Below, piece after piece: positions 13,376 to 26,776 of a stretch of DNA of 64,000 nt. Position numbers and translations under genes: made by a program. Each line of letters starts with the position of its first letter. The first letter of the stretch is position 1. The notes beneath the pieces were generated by a model. That model was not told the DNA's origin, made no database searches, and was given only the letters and a program-made list of their open reading frames with translations. The stretch is from Callorhinchus milii. Taxonomy: Eukaryota. The stretch spans positions 2,852,001 to 2,916,000 of the forward strand of contig NW_024704760.1 in assembly GCF_018977255.1 (NCBI RefSeq), in the 5' to 3' direction.

Positions 13376-16300
13376 ATGGAGAAATCCCAGCGGACATCCC
13401 AGCTGCTCCTGTTGAATTCGCTGACCTGCGGCCTGGAAATCTGCGTGGCGGCCGGCATCACCTACGTGCCTCCCCTCCTCCTGGAAGCTGGGGTGGAAGA
13501 GAAATTCATGACCATGGTCTTGGGTGAGTCCCTGATGTTTCGTAACTCTGGCACTTTTCAGCTTGCGTCGGTCTGGCTCAGTCTGTAGCTCACTCTTGCT
13601 CCCCCCATCCTGGTCAGAATGTCGTGGGTTTGTGGGTTTAAATCCCAGGTGGGGGCACTTAACATTCGCTTGACGAAAAAAGACCGAGGTCCACCCAGTT
13701 CCCCTTCCACTGTCCTGGGAGTCTAAAACTCCCCTCACTTTTGAAGCAGTCGTGCTCCTCCCTACTCCTGTGACCTCCTAATGCCAGACCAACCCGTCCG
13801 CTCCCTCCATTTGGCGGGCACCGGCCTGTGCCATGTCTCCCGCCCTGCCCTGCCCGCCCCATCATCGGCGGCCGCTATCTAATCTCACCCCCTTAAAAAC
13901 TCTTCAGTAGAATATGAGGACCTGCCATGATCTAATAATCCTGGGCTTGGGCAGCTCCTGTTGAAACTGTGGCTTCCAGAGCTGAAGGGAAGGTCGAGAC
14001 ATGAGTGTACACTAGAAAGCATTACCCACTCCACCTGACCTTTGCAAATCGACAACATGTCGGAACAATTTACACTCTATAATTACGGCAATTAAAGAAG
14101 AAAGGAAATCGCTGAGTGAGCCTCGCACAAAAAACATAGCTTTGACTCGAGCGACCATCTGCTCTGTAGGATTTCCCTTCTCCTCCCTCTCACTTCCCTT
14201 CTCCTTTCAGAGAGAGTGTTACCGGATCTCCAGCACTCACCTGAGCAGGTAAATGGGACATGGGGGTTAACATCTCCTCCGACAGACAACAACGCAGGGC
14301 TCTCTCTCTCTTTCCTCATTCCCCCCCCACCCTCCCACTCGACAGACAATTGCGCACAGCGGTGTCCCCACAAACAGTCTTTTTTTTATTATTATTGATT
14401 ATTTTGAAGGGATTATTACCTCCGGAAAGGGATCCTCCAATTGACTAAAAAGCGGATTCCTACTTACTGCTAGGTAAACAGAGGTGTGTGGAGTAAGGAA
14501 ACTTGCCTAATGTTTCGCCCCCTGCCTGGGAATCGAACCAGGGTTCTCTCGCTTGCGAGGCGATCGCTCTAACCAATATATTTTGGCTGTGATGTCACCT
14601 GCCCACCCTCAGACACAAAGATTAGCCACTGGGGGGTGGGGGGGGTTGAGGAATCTGAGGTAGCTGTAACCTCTCTTGTGTTTGTGTGGAGACTCGGTTC
14701 CTTTCATTAGAGAAAGGGAGTGGGGCTGGGTGGAAGGAGGAGGAGGAAAAAATTGGCAGAGGAGAAGGAAACTTAGAAGCATGTCCCCGAGGTTGTTAGC
14801 TGGATGTTTCCCTTGGGAACCAATCTCAGCCTGGGTGGGCCAGTCACCAGACAAGCAACCAGGACACGTCAGTCTGAATCCCCAGCCTTCAGCCAAGGAA
14901 CCAACTCACAGCGTCAACCATTAGTAATTGTCGGGTAGGACACTGGGAGAAAGAAACTCTGGAGAGACTATGTGAGGTCAAAGTCCCTACGTTAGGGTTT
15001 GACTCAGAGCGTGAATGCTAACCGCTGAGCCAGGCTGTTTGAAAAAAACGTGACCCTCAATGTCCTTCAACTTCTGTCCTCTCTTCTTCTGCAGGAATCG
15101 GGCCAGTCCTGGGACTTATATTTGTTCCCCTGATTGGCTCAAAGAGTGACCATTGGACGAGTAAATATGGCCGCCGACGCCCCTTCATTTGGGCGCTGTG
15201 CCTCGGCGTGCTCCTGAGTCTCTTTGTCATCCCTCACGCCAGCAGACTCGCGGCCGTCTTCAGCCTCAAAGGCCACCGCATCGACGTGGCCTTCCTCATC
15301 ATCGGTATCTGCCTGCTGGACTTCTGCGGCCAGGTCTGCTTCACGCCCCTGGAGGCTCTCCTGTCGGACATGTTCCACGACACGGAAGACTGCAGACGGG
15401 CCTTCTCTATGTACTCCTTCATGATCAGCCTGGGCGGCTGCATCGGCTACCTGCTCACGGCCATAGACTGGGAGAGGACATCGCTGTCACTGTACCTGGG
15501 AGGGCAGGAGGAGTGCCTCTTCACGCTGCTGGCCGTCATATTTATCGTGTGCGTCCTGGCCACCTGCTTCGTGGCCGAGGAGATCTACAGTGTCAAGCCC
15601 GAGGCCCTGGTCGAGGTGGCTCCCAAGGAGGTCATCAAGCCCCTGGCCTTGTACTGCTGCTCCGTGGGGCCCCCCTCCTGGCGGGCCAGGCACTCGCTGA
15701 CCGTCCTGAGGAACTGTTGCACTTTGATCCCCAGGCTGTACCCTCTCTACGGTCGCATCCCCAAGGTCATCCGGCACCTGGTGGTGGCCGAGTTCTACAG
15801 CTGGATGGCGCTCATGACCTTCATGATGTTCTACACTGACTTCATTGGGGAGGGGCTGTACCACGGGGTGCCCAACGCTGAGCCCGGCAGCGAAGCCAGG
15901 GTGCGATACGACGAAGGTACGTTTGGGGTGGGGTGGTGGGTGTTGGGGAGGGGTTGCATGGGGAGGTGTGGGTGGAGGGTGGGGTGGAGGTGGGAGTGGA
16001 GGGGATCTGAGCTCATGTTATCTCCAGGAATTGAGGGGTGGTTACGGTGTTAGTAATTAATAATTAACCCGTGGACTTGCTATAGCGCCTTATTAAGTCG
16101 TCGAGACGTCTCAAAGCGCTGCACACAGGACCTTATCTGTGTTGCCGTTGTGTGTTTCCGCGCAACAAACCCTGGCTTCGCTGCCGGGCTCAGCGTTGGG
16201 CAAACGGGGCAAAACATGAATGGCCACCATCAAATTATCGTTCAGGCCTCATTGAAGCCCATTCCTTACGTAGCTGGTATCTCTGCTGGTATCTCTTGGT

Positions 16301-17680
16301 GAACGGTTTCCATGCCTTATTTAAGCACTTTGAGACACCCTCCTGATGCGAAAGGCGCCACGTAAATGTAAGTCTGCGTTGGATTGCATCGTAGGAACAT
16401 CATAGGGAAAAAGGCCAAGATCCATCTCGTTCACCTTTTAACCATCCTATTAGTGCCCGTATCCCTGTCTTTGTGCGTGCGCGTGTGGGTTACATAATCC
16501 CACAAAATCGTGTCCTGTGTAAGTAACCCTGCGTGTGAACTGATGTCTTTGTGTCTGCGATTACTTTTACGAGCCTCGCCTGAACGATTCTCTCTCTCTC
16601 CGGTTTCTCCACCCACCGCAGGTGTCCGCATGGGCAGCCTGGGGCTTTTCCTCCAGTGCGCCTTCTCCATCTTCTGCTCCGCCATCATGGACCGGCTGGT
16701 GAAGAGGTTCGGGAGCAAAACCGTCTACCTCGCCAGCGTTGCCTTCTTCACCTTCTCCGCGGTCGTCATGTGCCTTTCCCGGAGCGTGGTGCTGGTGACC
16801 ATCATGTCTGCACTCACGGGTTTCACCTACTCCACGCTCCAGATCCTACCTTACACCTTAAACTCCCTTTACCACAAAGAGAAACAGGTGGGTGTGCGAC
16901 GGGGTGGGGGCGGGGGGGTGGGGGGGGGGGGGTGAAGGGGGAGGATCAGCGATCAGAGTAATCGCAATAATAATAATATATAATAATAATAATCCTTGCA
17001 TTTGATGTAGGGCCTTATCACGTCTTCGAGACGTCTCAAAGCGCTTCACAGGATATACCGTAAAGTGTAGCGACTGTATTTTGTGGGCGAAATGTAACTA
17101 TTTTGTGGGCGGCTAAGGTAAGTAGGAAAGGGGGCTAATTAAATGCAAGTTGTTGTTGTTGTTGGCCCCTTCACCCCTTCTCCCCCTCTGTTCCTTTCCC
17201 CAGGTATTCTTTTCCAAGCACAAGTTCACGGAGCTGGACGAGGCCAGCTGCCAGGTGGACAAGAAGGCTCCGTCACCCAACGGTCTCGTGAGTCACAAAC
17301 CGTACGCCGGGCAGAACGGGAGCCTGCTGTCCTCCTCCGGAGCCCCCCCCGCCTCGCCCTCTCCCTCGCTCTCTCTGGCGGGCAAGGCCGGCCCCCCACT
17401 CGCCGGCTCCCTGCAGTGCGAGGTGCCCGTGGGCACCAGCGGTTGCGGGGAGGGCGAGCAGGCGGTCGCCGTGAGGGGCATCTGCCTGGACCTGGCCATC
17501 CTGGACAGCGCCTTCCTCCTTTCTCAGGTCATTCCCTCGCTCCTGATGGGAACCATCGTTCAGTTCACGCAGTCGGTCAACGCCTACATGGTCTCGGCGG
17601 CCGGTTTCGGGGCCGTGGCAATCTATTTCGCCACCAACGTCGTTTTCGACAAAAGCGACCTGGAGAAGTATTCGGTGTGA
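13376..17680 (+). CDS. SLC45A3: Solute carrier family 45 member 3 (prostein), MFS sugar/H+ symporter-type, ~570 aa, 4 coding exons
   Basis: Exons 13376-13523, 15095-15916, 16622-16887 and 17204-17680, all GT-AG with consistent phase. Translation includes QLLLLNSLTCGLEICVAAGITYVPPLLLEAGVEEKFMTMVLG|IGPVLG...SDHWTSKYGRRRPFIW, LLDFCGQVCFTPLEALLSD, YDEGVRMGSLGLFLQ, RGICLDLAILDSAFLLSQV and a C-terminal VVFDKSDLEKYSV, matching vertebrate SLC45A3. Confidence 0.96.
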
Positions 17681-20505
17681 TCCGGGGACGAGGGACGCGG
17701 TGTGCTTTTCCGGTGGGTTTTTTTTTTTGGGGGGTGGCGGGCGTGGGAGGGAGGGAGGAGGTTGGTGAATGTTGGAGGTGAGATGGTAATGGGATCCTTC
17801 GTTTTATGGACCCACCCTCCTCTCCCCCCCCATCTCTCTCTCTGGGTTGGGCTCATCCAATGGTACTGTACGTTTGTCTGCTCGTTGCCCGGTGGTGAAA
17901 GAGATGGGGTTAAGCATATGGAATCTGCCACTTATTGGGAGTGGGGGTGGGGGTGTGGGGGTGGAGTGGGGGGTGGGGGCAACGGGGAGAATGAGAACTC
18001 TTCTGCTTTTGCTTCTCACACTGATCCGCACATTTCTGCTTGACGTGCGATCCATCTGTTACTCTGTGATTTTCTCACTCACCAAAGGGCACTTGCCCAT
18101 GTGCCTTACCTCGCCATCTGTCACACTTTTACCCGCCTCCCAGGGGCACCATCTTGGCGGGTATCTTTCTACTTCGAGCCCTTGGCTGGTCACTCACAGC
18201 GCAAGGTTACACAGGGAGACTTGTGTGACTCTCATTCAACTCTCATTCAACTTCCAATTAATTGCCGGCCTAGACCTGCCTGAGAGACTGTTGGCTGATG
18301 TCCAGTGGGATAGGCCCTGGATTCTCCAGGCTGCCGAGTGGGATGTGACGAGTTGTGGGGTTTCGGGGGAATAAAGGAAAGAAAAAGAAAAATTCACCCT
18401 TTTTTTTGGGTACATATCCAATCCCAACTATCTGACCACTTTAGGTCAAGGAACTTCCTTCCTTCCTTCGTTTCTCCACGTTCCAGGTCACCTGTGATTG
18501 ACGCGTGGATGTGAATCAGAGACTTCACCTCCCTCCCACCCACCCACCCACTTGCCCCCTCTCCCCCACCTCCGCTCTCTCTACAAGTCTTAAATCTCGC
18601 TCTAATCTCTTCCATTGCCGCCATAATGTCCATAATCACTCACCTCGATAAGAACGTCTTGGGAGTCTCCCAACTGATTTGCTAAATTATAGAAATGTAT
18701 AATTCATCTGGGGAAAATGGTATATTATTTTTTTTGGGGGGGTGGGGGGGTGGGTGGGGGTTCGAATTTTTTCCAACAATTTTTTTTTGCCTTAAATTTA
18801 TATTTTTGTTAAAATCGCTGACTTTTGCAACTGTTTTAAAAAAAAGTCTATAAATACTGTATTTATACCACAGAGAGTTGTTATTTTGTACAGGGGACAG
18901 TTTTTATTCAGTCTATAGAGGAACAGCGAGGAGTCCAGCTCAATGGAAGCTGCTGTATTCTTCACTAACTGTTCTCTTGGGTTTTTATTAGTGAAAATAG
19001 TGGCATTACTGACGTGAAGGCCTGAAGGATTTTCAGATCCTTGTTTTTTGCCCCATTTTCTCTCTCTCTCTCCCTCTCTCTCTCTCTCTCCCTCTCTCTC
19101 TCTCTCTCCCTTTTCTGATATCTGATTTTCAGGAGTAATAATCCCTTCAAAAAAAAATAAATAATAATACTAATGTGGTCACTCAGTCCATGACTGTTTG
19201 TTATCCGCTGCTGCGTGCAAATTGGCAGCCACGTTTCGCCCACAAAACGTACAGTCAATTCACTTTACAGTATATTCTGTGAAGCGCTCAAATGCAAGGA
19301 TTATTATTATTATCTCCCTTTTCCGATCTATCCCTCTGTCGCTCGCTCTCTCCACCCATTCTGTCTCTCTCCGCACCTTGTGTCCAGGTAAAACCAATGC
19401 TCACCTTATATTGGAATTTCAGGTTGCAATCAACCTGCCAGGGATAATAAGTAAATCTCAGGAATACTTGAATATTTCCTGCCTGGAAACGTGAGATTGC
19501 AGCGATTCAAGGTGTGAAAATGACACAGCTGTGATTTTTAAAAAAATCTGCATATCTCCCTCTCTCTAGCTCTCTTTGTCTGTGCGTCTCTCTCTTTCTC
19601 TCTCTCTTTCTCTCACACTGTGTCTCTATCTCTGTCTCTCCCTTTTCCGTCTCTCACTCTGTCTTCTCCCATAAGTCATTCAAGCCAAACCCGGTTCCCG
19701 TGGTATTAATTGTGATCACATCCCCTGTTAAATTCCGATCATGTAAACATCAGTGGATCCATTTCCCTTGAGGTTGGGAGATCAAGGAGGCAACACAATG
19801 GGGAGGGGGAGTGGGGGGTTGGGGTGATGGTCGGGGAGGGAACCAGTTTGTACTTCTCTTGAGTTGCCGATGTGTCCTCTCACTCTCACGCTCTTAATTT
19901 CTCCTGAATTAATCTCTTGGGCTTTCTGGTACGTTTGGCAATGAGTGACCACGATGAAATGGGCTTTGCTTTATTTCCTTCCCCCTTTCTCCCCCCTCCC
20001 CCAATCTTTCGCCTTGAAGCAAAGCCCAACCTTGTGGTTGTAACGTCGATTTAACCTTCCTTGTTGGCCCACGGCCGTTGTTAAAATCTCTTTAACAATG
20101 TATTTTTTTAATATATACTGTATATTTATATTTGCTTGAAATTGAAACGTCGTGAAATGGGCACTTTTACGGAGGTGGGTGGGGGGAGGGGGCGGTGGGG
20201 GGAGTGGGAGTGTGGAGGTTTAGGAGGGGCTGTCTTGACTCAGCTGCTCTCCAAATTGAACTCAACTGGAATTGAAAGTATTTTTCTTTGCTATTTATTT
20301 TTACAAATGGTTGTAGGTACGAACCGAGACAGGCGATCACGCTGAAATCCAAACATTGGGGTGTTTGTCTGTGTTTTCCTTCCTGAGGTCGATGAATTAG
20401 TTGAAGCATTTTTTGTGTGCGTGTGTATGTGTGCCTGGTAGTCGAATGGTTAATTTTTTTAAAAAATCAGACCCCCCCCCCCCCCCCACCAACCCCCAAT
20501 ATATA

Positions 20506-20689
20506 CAGTAACCTCCTGGTAACTCGACCCCAGTCTTCACTCGTCACCACCGCTTAAGCCATCGAGCCCGTCAGTATCCTGACACCATTTATTTATGTGT
20601 TTATACATACACCTAACTCATCACTCCGCCCGCACAACTTGTTACTGAGCCCATTTTCCTTAGAGCGACGAGTTATCAGGAATTTACCA
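20506..20689. mobile_element. Old pogo/Tigger-like MITE in the putative SLC45A3 3' UTR
   Basis: TA|CAGTAACCTCCTGGTAACTCG ... CGAGTTATCAGGAATTTACCA|TA imperfect TIRs. Confidence 0.55.
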
Positions 20690-21802
20690 TATAAATATAT
20701 TATATATATATATATATTTGTACATCAATAAATGTAGGGTTGTTCTACCGGGTATGTAAAGTAGCATCGAATATGTAGCTCTCTCCGAGCCGCCAAAAGG
20801 AGAAGGAAACGGTGATTTGAGTCCCTGGACACATTTTCTCCGGGATTTAAGTATCTTTTGACGTGAAGTTGGTGGCGCGGGATCAGTCTAGCTCAGGAGA
20901 ACCCCTGCCCCAACCCCAGCCCAAATCCGGAACTCACTCCTAATGAGCATGCTTCATCGCGCTGTCTGTTTTTGTAACTCGAGGGTTAACTGGCTCTAAA
21001 GTTCTCTGTTCTTTGTCATGTTCCAGCTAGGTTTTGGGTGGCCTCTCTCTTTATTTGCCAAAACCACCTCTCTGTCCCGTATACTCCTCCGTTAGCCCTA
21101 GAAGCCAAAGCCCCAATGGGGGAGAGTTGTCCTAGTTGGACAAGCAGTGGGAAAGCTAGTCAGACAGAGCTATCGATGGCGTGCTATGCGGGTTTAGCTG
21201 GTGAGACTCCTCAGCAGTTACCCCAACGCGCACTCTAGGGCTCATCCCAAGCCTTGGCACTTGCCAACCTGGGGCTAGTATTTTCCGGAATTAGGTAGGA
21301 GGGATGTGCCCCTCCGGGGAGGGAGAGAGAGTGCGCATTCCGTTCCAACAATCTATCTCTGGAATTTCCACGTGTCGGGTGGGATACCAGGAATTCTCAG
21401 GTTGGTTTGGAGACTCTTTAGGCACGGTGATGGGTTTCCGCCTGCGTCAGACACCCAGCTGACCACCCCCCCCCACCCCCCCCCAAAAAAATGACTGTGT
21501 GTTCAGTGCCTGACTCAGGATCTCTGTGGGTGGGAGGGAGTGGGGGTAGGGGGGGTGGGGGTGGGTTTGGTGGTGGAGGAATGGGGAGAGGGGTGGGGGA
21601 AGGGGTCTGACCTGCACCCCACTCCCCTGCAGCGCGATGCATCGGTCCTCTGACCTGCTGCGTTGCTGCACATTAACGTGCAATTTAACGCAAGTAACAA
21701 AATTGTAAAACTGCTTCACGGTGTTTGGTTGGAGACGAAGCTGTGACTGGATAAGATGTTTGTGGGTTTTCTCTCTCCTAAAGGAAAAAAAAGAATTGTA
21801 CA

Positions 21803-21933
21803 ATAAACTCTGCGGTATTTATTTATCCCAGCAATAAGATGTACATATCAAAACTAATGTAAAAAAAAAAGGAAGTTTTTAATAAAGACGCCACATTCTT
21901 GAATCTTGTATAATTTATCCGATTGCAATAAAC
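21803..21933 (+). terminator. Candidate SLC45A3 poly(A) signal cluster, implying a ~4 kb 3' UTR
   Basis: Several AATAAA (about 21802, 21881 and 21927) after an AT-rich UTR-like stretch; another lies near 20727. Confidence 0.4.
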
Positions 21934-22149
21934 GTCCATGTAACATGCTGAAAATCCGACTCTCTTCTGCCCCCGTGTCTCTTCGTGTCTCGTTTAATCT
22001 TGTTGGTCTCACATAAAAACGATCTTATCCCCATAGAGAAAACTTCCAACTGCGGATGTGGGAAGAGAGACTTCGTGCTTGGCATCCGAAATGCCACCCA
22101 GAGAGAAAGAGAGAGAGAGAGAGAGAGACACCATATGTCTGTGATTGTA

Positions 22150-22614
22150 CAGGGTTTCCACAAAACCCTGTTTCCCCCCCACCCCCCCTCCGGTTTTATT
22201 TCTCTACAGTGCACTGACCAACAACTGAAACGTTGTGGAAGAATGGAGATAATTGTAGTTATCGTAATTGTATTCAGTTACAAGCGTTTAACTGTATTTA
22301 GACGTCTAGAGGATCCGAGTGAGTGAGTGTGTGAGTATAAGTGTGCGTGAGTGTGTGTGAGTGTAAGTATCTGTGTGAGCGCCATCATTTTCGTGGCAGA
22401 TAATGCTCCGTCGCCAGGTTCACTGCCGCATTTTCCGTATCAGAGCCTTGGGACGTCCTCCCGACGTGAAAGGCGCTATACAAATGTAATCTTGTTGTTG
22501 TTGGATGGAGTGAGGAAGTGAAGTGCATCACCGACAACTTGTTTCATCTCCTCCATTAAGTCTCATACGGCTGTTTTATAACAGGGGCGTAAAGAGGACA
22601 TTGTGGACACCCTG
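22150..22614. mobile_element. Tc1/mariner-type MITE with TA target duplication, interrupted by an L2 tail (about 22440-22502)
   Basis: TA|CAGGGTTTCCACAAAACCC ... GGACATTGTGGACACCCTG|TA; the interior is homologous to 12586-12954. Confidence 0.7.
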
Positions 22615-24007
22615 TACACCTCTCCAAACTCCTAGTATCGGATTTGGGATGGGGGAGTGGGGGGGGGGGGGTGGGCGGGGTGGGGGGAACTTGCGCAGAG
22701 GGAAGCTTGACACTTCCTAAGTCTCATTGAGGCGCTGGATGGTGCAGTCGATCTTCGATGATGTTGAAGAGTCCAGCAGACCCGGGTTGGGAAATGGGCC
22801 TCACTTTGGCTCGACTGGTAACGGGCTTGTCTGTGGGTTGGGAAGGTTGTGGGTTCAAGGCCTTGGTCGTGGCACTCAAACGCCAACAGCTCTGTGTTGT
22901 CAAGCGATGCCGTCCTCCAGACGAGGCTGTGGTGCACCCTCATCTACTTCCTCCTTGTTTGACGATCCTCCAGAGAAACTGACCATTCAGCCTCGGGTTT
23001 GTGCTGAAATTGGCCAACGCATCTCCCCGTAAAGGCTCAGGTTCGGTTCACAGCAATTTGCTGTGGAGGCACTCCAGCGACATAGGCGATGTATCAATTT
23101 CGAACGCTCTAGCTTTGGCGCAGTGCCTTTCGCTCCGGGAGGATGTCTCAAAGCGCTTTACAGGGAATACTGTGGGTTTTGTGGCTGAGTGGAATGCAGG
23201 GTTTCTTACTGCCTGCGAGGGACAGATAACTGTGTTCAACCACATGATGTATCGAGGGAAGTGAAGATGTTTTTGTGATTCTTACTTACTGCGGATGGAA
23301 CAAGTCGGGCTTATTGGGAATTTAACATTTACTGAAATCACCAGAGACGTGGTGATCTCTTAAGGTTTGCGTGTACCATCTTAACATGATCGAACAATGA
23401 TGGGAACTTAATGTCCCCCTCCTCCTCTCCTCCTCTCCTCCCCCCCCCACTCCCTCCCCTCCCCTCCCACCCCCCCCATATCCTCTCAGTCAGTGTGCCC
23501 TCAAGTGTACATTTAATGCAAGGCAGAAATGAAGTTGGGAAACTGGTAATAAATGAACTGATTGATTGAAAGCCAAACCAGCGATGTTTATATCTGCAAA
23601 CCTGGACGGAAGAAGCAGGAAGGCAGGTAAACACAGGAGCTACAAGCTCCCCCTCCCAGCCCCCCACCAACCCCCCCACCTTCTTTAAACAGTAAAGAGA
23701 TGGGTTATTATAATTATAATTATAATTCTACATCAAGACTTGAACGCACCTAGTCGAAGATGAAGCTACAATGCAGTGCTGAGGGTGTGTTGCATTATTG
23801 GAGGTGCTGTTAGGACGAGACGTTAAACCGTCTGCCTGTTCAGGTGGACGTTAAAGACCCCGCGGTGCTATTTCTCTCTCTCTCCCGGTGTCCCCCAAAT
23901 AAAATTGGTCACTCACTCCATGGCTGTTTGTGGGACGTTGCTGTGTGCAATTGTGTGGCTGCGTTTGCCTATACAATACACAGCAAAATCTATAATTAAC
24001 GCCCTAA

Positions 24008-25469
24008 CAGTTGGGACCCTGCATTTAATATGACTCATGCAAAGTATGAGTTAGGTCAAACCCGCGTAGAATATAAACCCTTGGACGGGACTCGGGCAGA
24101 TGTGTGACTTAGGGGACGGTGTGATTTATACAGATCCGATTTATGCCGGTTTTACCGTGTAGAAGAGTGCGGGAGGGCGGTGACTCACAGGGAGTATAAA
24201 GCCTGGGGTGTAAACCAGTTGGGCCGAACGGACTTGCTGTGTGGCATTCCATGGTGAATCTATGTTGGTTTTGTTGCCTGAAGCCGCTGAGTTCTCGTAT
24301 AGGGGCAAGACCTGAGAAAATGGGAGAACCATCTCCGACTTGCAACCACTGACTTCGCAAAGAGCAGGAAGGTCAAGCCGGCCTCTGCACTGAACTGCAA
24401 AGAGATGCATATTGACCCTCCCCAAGCCACTGAGTTACAAGGGTGGGTGGGGGCTGGGGGGGGAATTCCTGCCTACACCAAGGTATTTTGGATTAAGGAT
24501 CGCAATAATCCCTCCATAAATAATGGCAATAATAATTTTGGTCACTCGATCGACGACTTTCTGGGACACTGCTGTGCACAATTGGCTCCCGTGTTTCGCC
24601 CACGCAAAATATACAGTCACTACACCGTATAGGGTATGATGTGAAGCACTTTGAGACGTCTCAACGACGTGAGAAGGCGCAATATCGAATGCGAGGATTA
24701 TTATTAAGGAGAGGTGCGGAGGGGGAATTTAAGGCAGGATAATAGGGGGGGGTGGGGGGGTGGGAAACAGATGCCCTTTCAGCAGTCACGTGTCCTCGTG
24801 GTTAGGGGGTGGGATGGGAGTAGGGGAGGAGGGAGGGAGGGGGAGATGGGCTCGTCTGAAGATCACAGGAATATTCCTGACAGCCCTGACTGCGTCTCTC
24901 CTTCTCATGTTGCAAGCCTTCATTGGATCGTGTGAGATCATTGGTTGCTGGGGCAGGGGACGGAGTGAGTGAAGGAGAAAAGGGCAGAAATAAAGGACAG
25001 GAAGTGGAATGCGGTGTGTAATCCGAGTTTGTTATTTAACCTAGACGCTGGAGGTGGTATTTCTGAGCCCCGTATTTAGAGGCCGGCTTGACCTTGCTGC
25101 TCTTTGCGAAGTCAGTGGTTGCAAGTCGGAGATGGTTCTCCCATTTTCTCAGGTCTTGCCCCTATACGAGAACTCAGCAGCTTCAGGCAACAAAACCAAC
25201 ATAGATTCACCATGGAATGCCACACGGCAAGTCCGTTCGGCCCAACTGGTTTACACCCCAGGCTTTATACTCCCTGTGAGTCACCGCCCTCTCCTTACGC
25301 CCTCCCGCACTCTTCTACACGGTAAAACCGGCATAAATCGGATCTGTATAAATCACACCGTCCCCTAAGTCACACATCTGCCCGAGTCCCGTCCAAGGGT
25401 TTATATTCTACGCGGGTTTGACCTAACTCATACTTTGCATGAGTCATATTAAATGCAGGGTCCCAACTG
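24008..25469. repeat. Local inverted duplication with arms 24008-24386 and 25078-25469 and a 691-bp spacer
   Basis: The arms are reverse complements with about 3 substitutions and one 13-bp indel by eye; mirrored ORFs appear in the track (24141- and 25054+). Confidence 0.92.
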
Positions 25470-26776
25470 ATACGATTTATGTGGGGATTATTGTATTCCC
25501 TTCTCCCTCCCTCCCTCCCTCCCTCCCTGGTGTGTGTGTGTGTGTGTGTCGATTGTCCACAGTGATTGTCCATATTTGTTTGGCTCAAACCTATCCTAAT
25601 GGGAAATACCAGCTGGGGCGGTAGGGGGCGCTCTCGGCTTGCTGTTGAGCTCCTCTGATCCACTGTGTCCCCCCCCCCCCAACCCCGGTATGTCCGCTTA
25701 CGCCCGTTTGCATGTTTGGGCTTATTGACAGGTAGAAAGAAAGGCAGACTGTTTCCTTGAGAGCAAACCCCCACCCAAAATTCGCCTCTTTTACGAACAA
25801 CAACAACAACAAGATTCCATTTATTGAGCGCCTTTCACGTCCCAAGGCGCTGGGTAAATAAACAGGTGAACCCTTTGCACCTTTCGTGTCGTCAGAAGCT
25901 CTCAAAGGATCTGGCTGTCAAGCGGAGTGACTGTGCGTTCTGCGGGCGAAAAACCGTGGTGGTGTACGAGCGATGGAATTTTATCTCCTTGAGGGGGAGG
26001 GAGGAATTGTTAGCGGGGGTGGTGGGGGGGGGGGCGGGGAACAACGACAACAACTTGTGTTTCATATAGCACCCCTCACGCAGGGGTGGTGTCCCGGAGC
26101 GCTTGAAACTCCCTTCTCTTTTCCGAGCCGTGTCAGAGGAGAGGTCCATTTAGGTCAGTTCCCTCCCTCCCAGCTCCGAGCCTCACGTTTGCTATTCATC
26201 AGGTCACCCGTCCGAAATAAAACGCTCGTCAAACCCCCACAAGCGAGAGAATCACTTCCGGACGCTCTCTTGTGTTTTTTTTTAAAAAAAATTCTCATCT
26301 CAGGAGCCGGGTTTCCAAATGTCAAGAGCCCAGAAGAGTTACATCACATCACTCTGTGTGTGTGTGTGTGTGTGTGCGTGGGTGGGTGTGTGGGTGTGGG
26401 TGGGTGTGAGTTTGTGTGTCGGGAGGGGAGGCGGTTGGAATAGACAAGCGAAGAGCTGCCAAGTTTATTTATTTACGCCCTTGACTCACCCACCCTCCCC
26501 TCTCCCCACCCTGCCTTTGCCATCGGGACCCGACCCCACCCTGACATATCGGACGTCTTAAAGGTGTTGTATTTAATGTACTGTGTGTGTGAGTGAGTGA
26601 GCGACTGAGCGAGCCAGGGCGCGCGCGCGTGTGTGTGAGAGGTTTTTTTCTGTGTGTCAGCAGTACTTCAACCTGGTCTCTGAAAATAAAGAGCATCACT
26701 GGGCAAACTGAAATCTAGAAGCACGGGTTTATTTTTAGTTGATGCCTCACCCACGTGTCGGTTTAAGTTGATTAGA

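Noticed and set aside
24008-25469. Inverted arms read as a DNA transposon with long TIRs, or the mirrored ORFs read as genes
   Set aside because: There is no target-site duplication, homology to an older repeat continues past only one arm, and the ORFs have no recognisable motif and are disrupted by the 13-bp indel.
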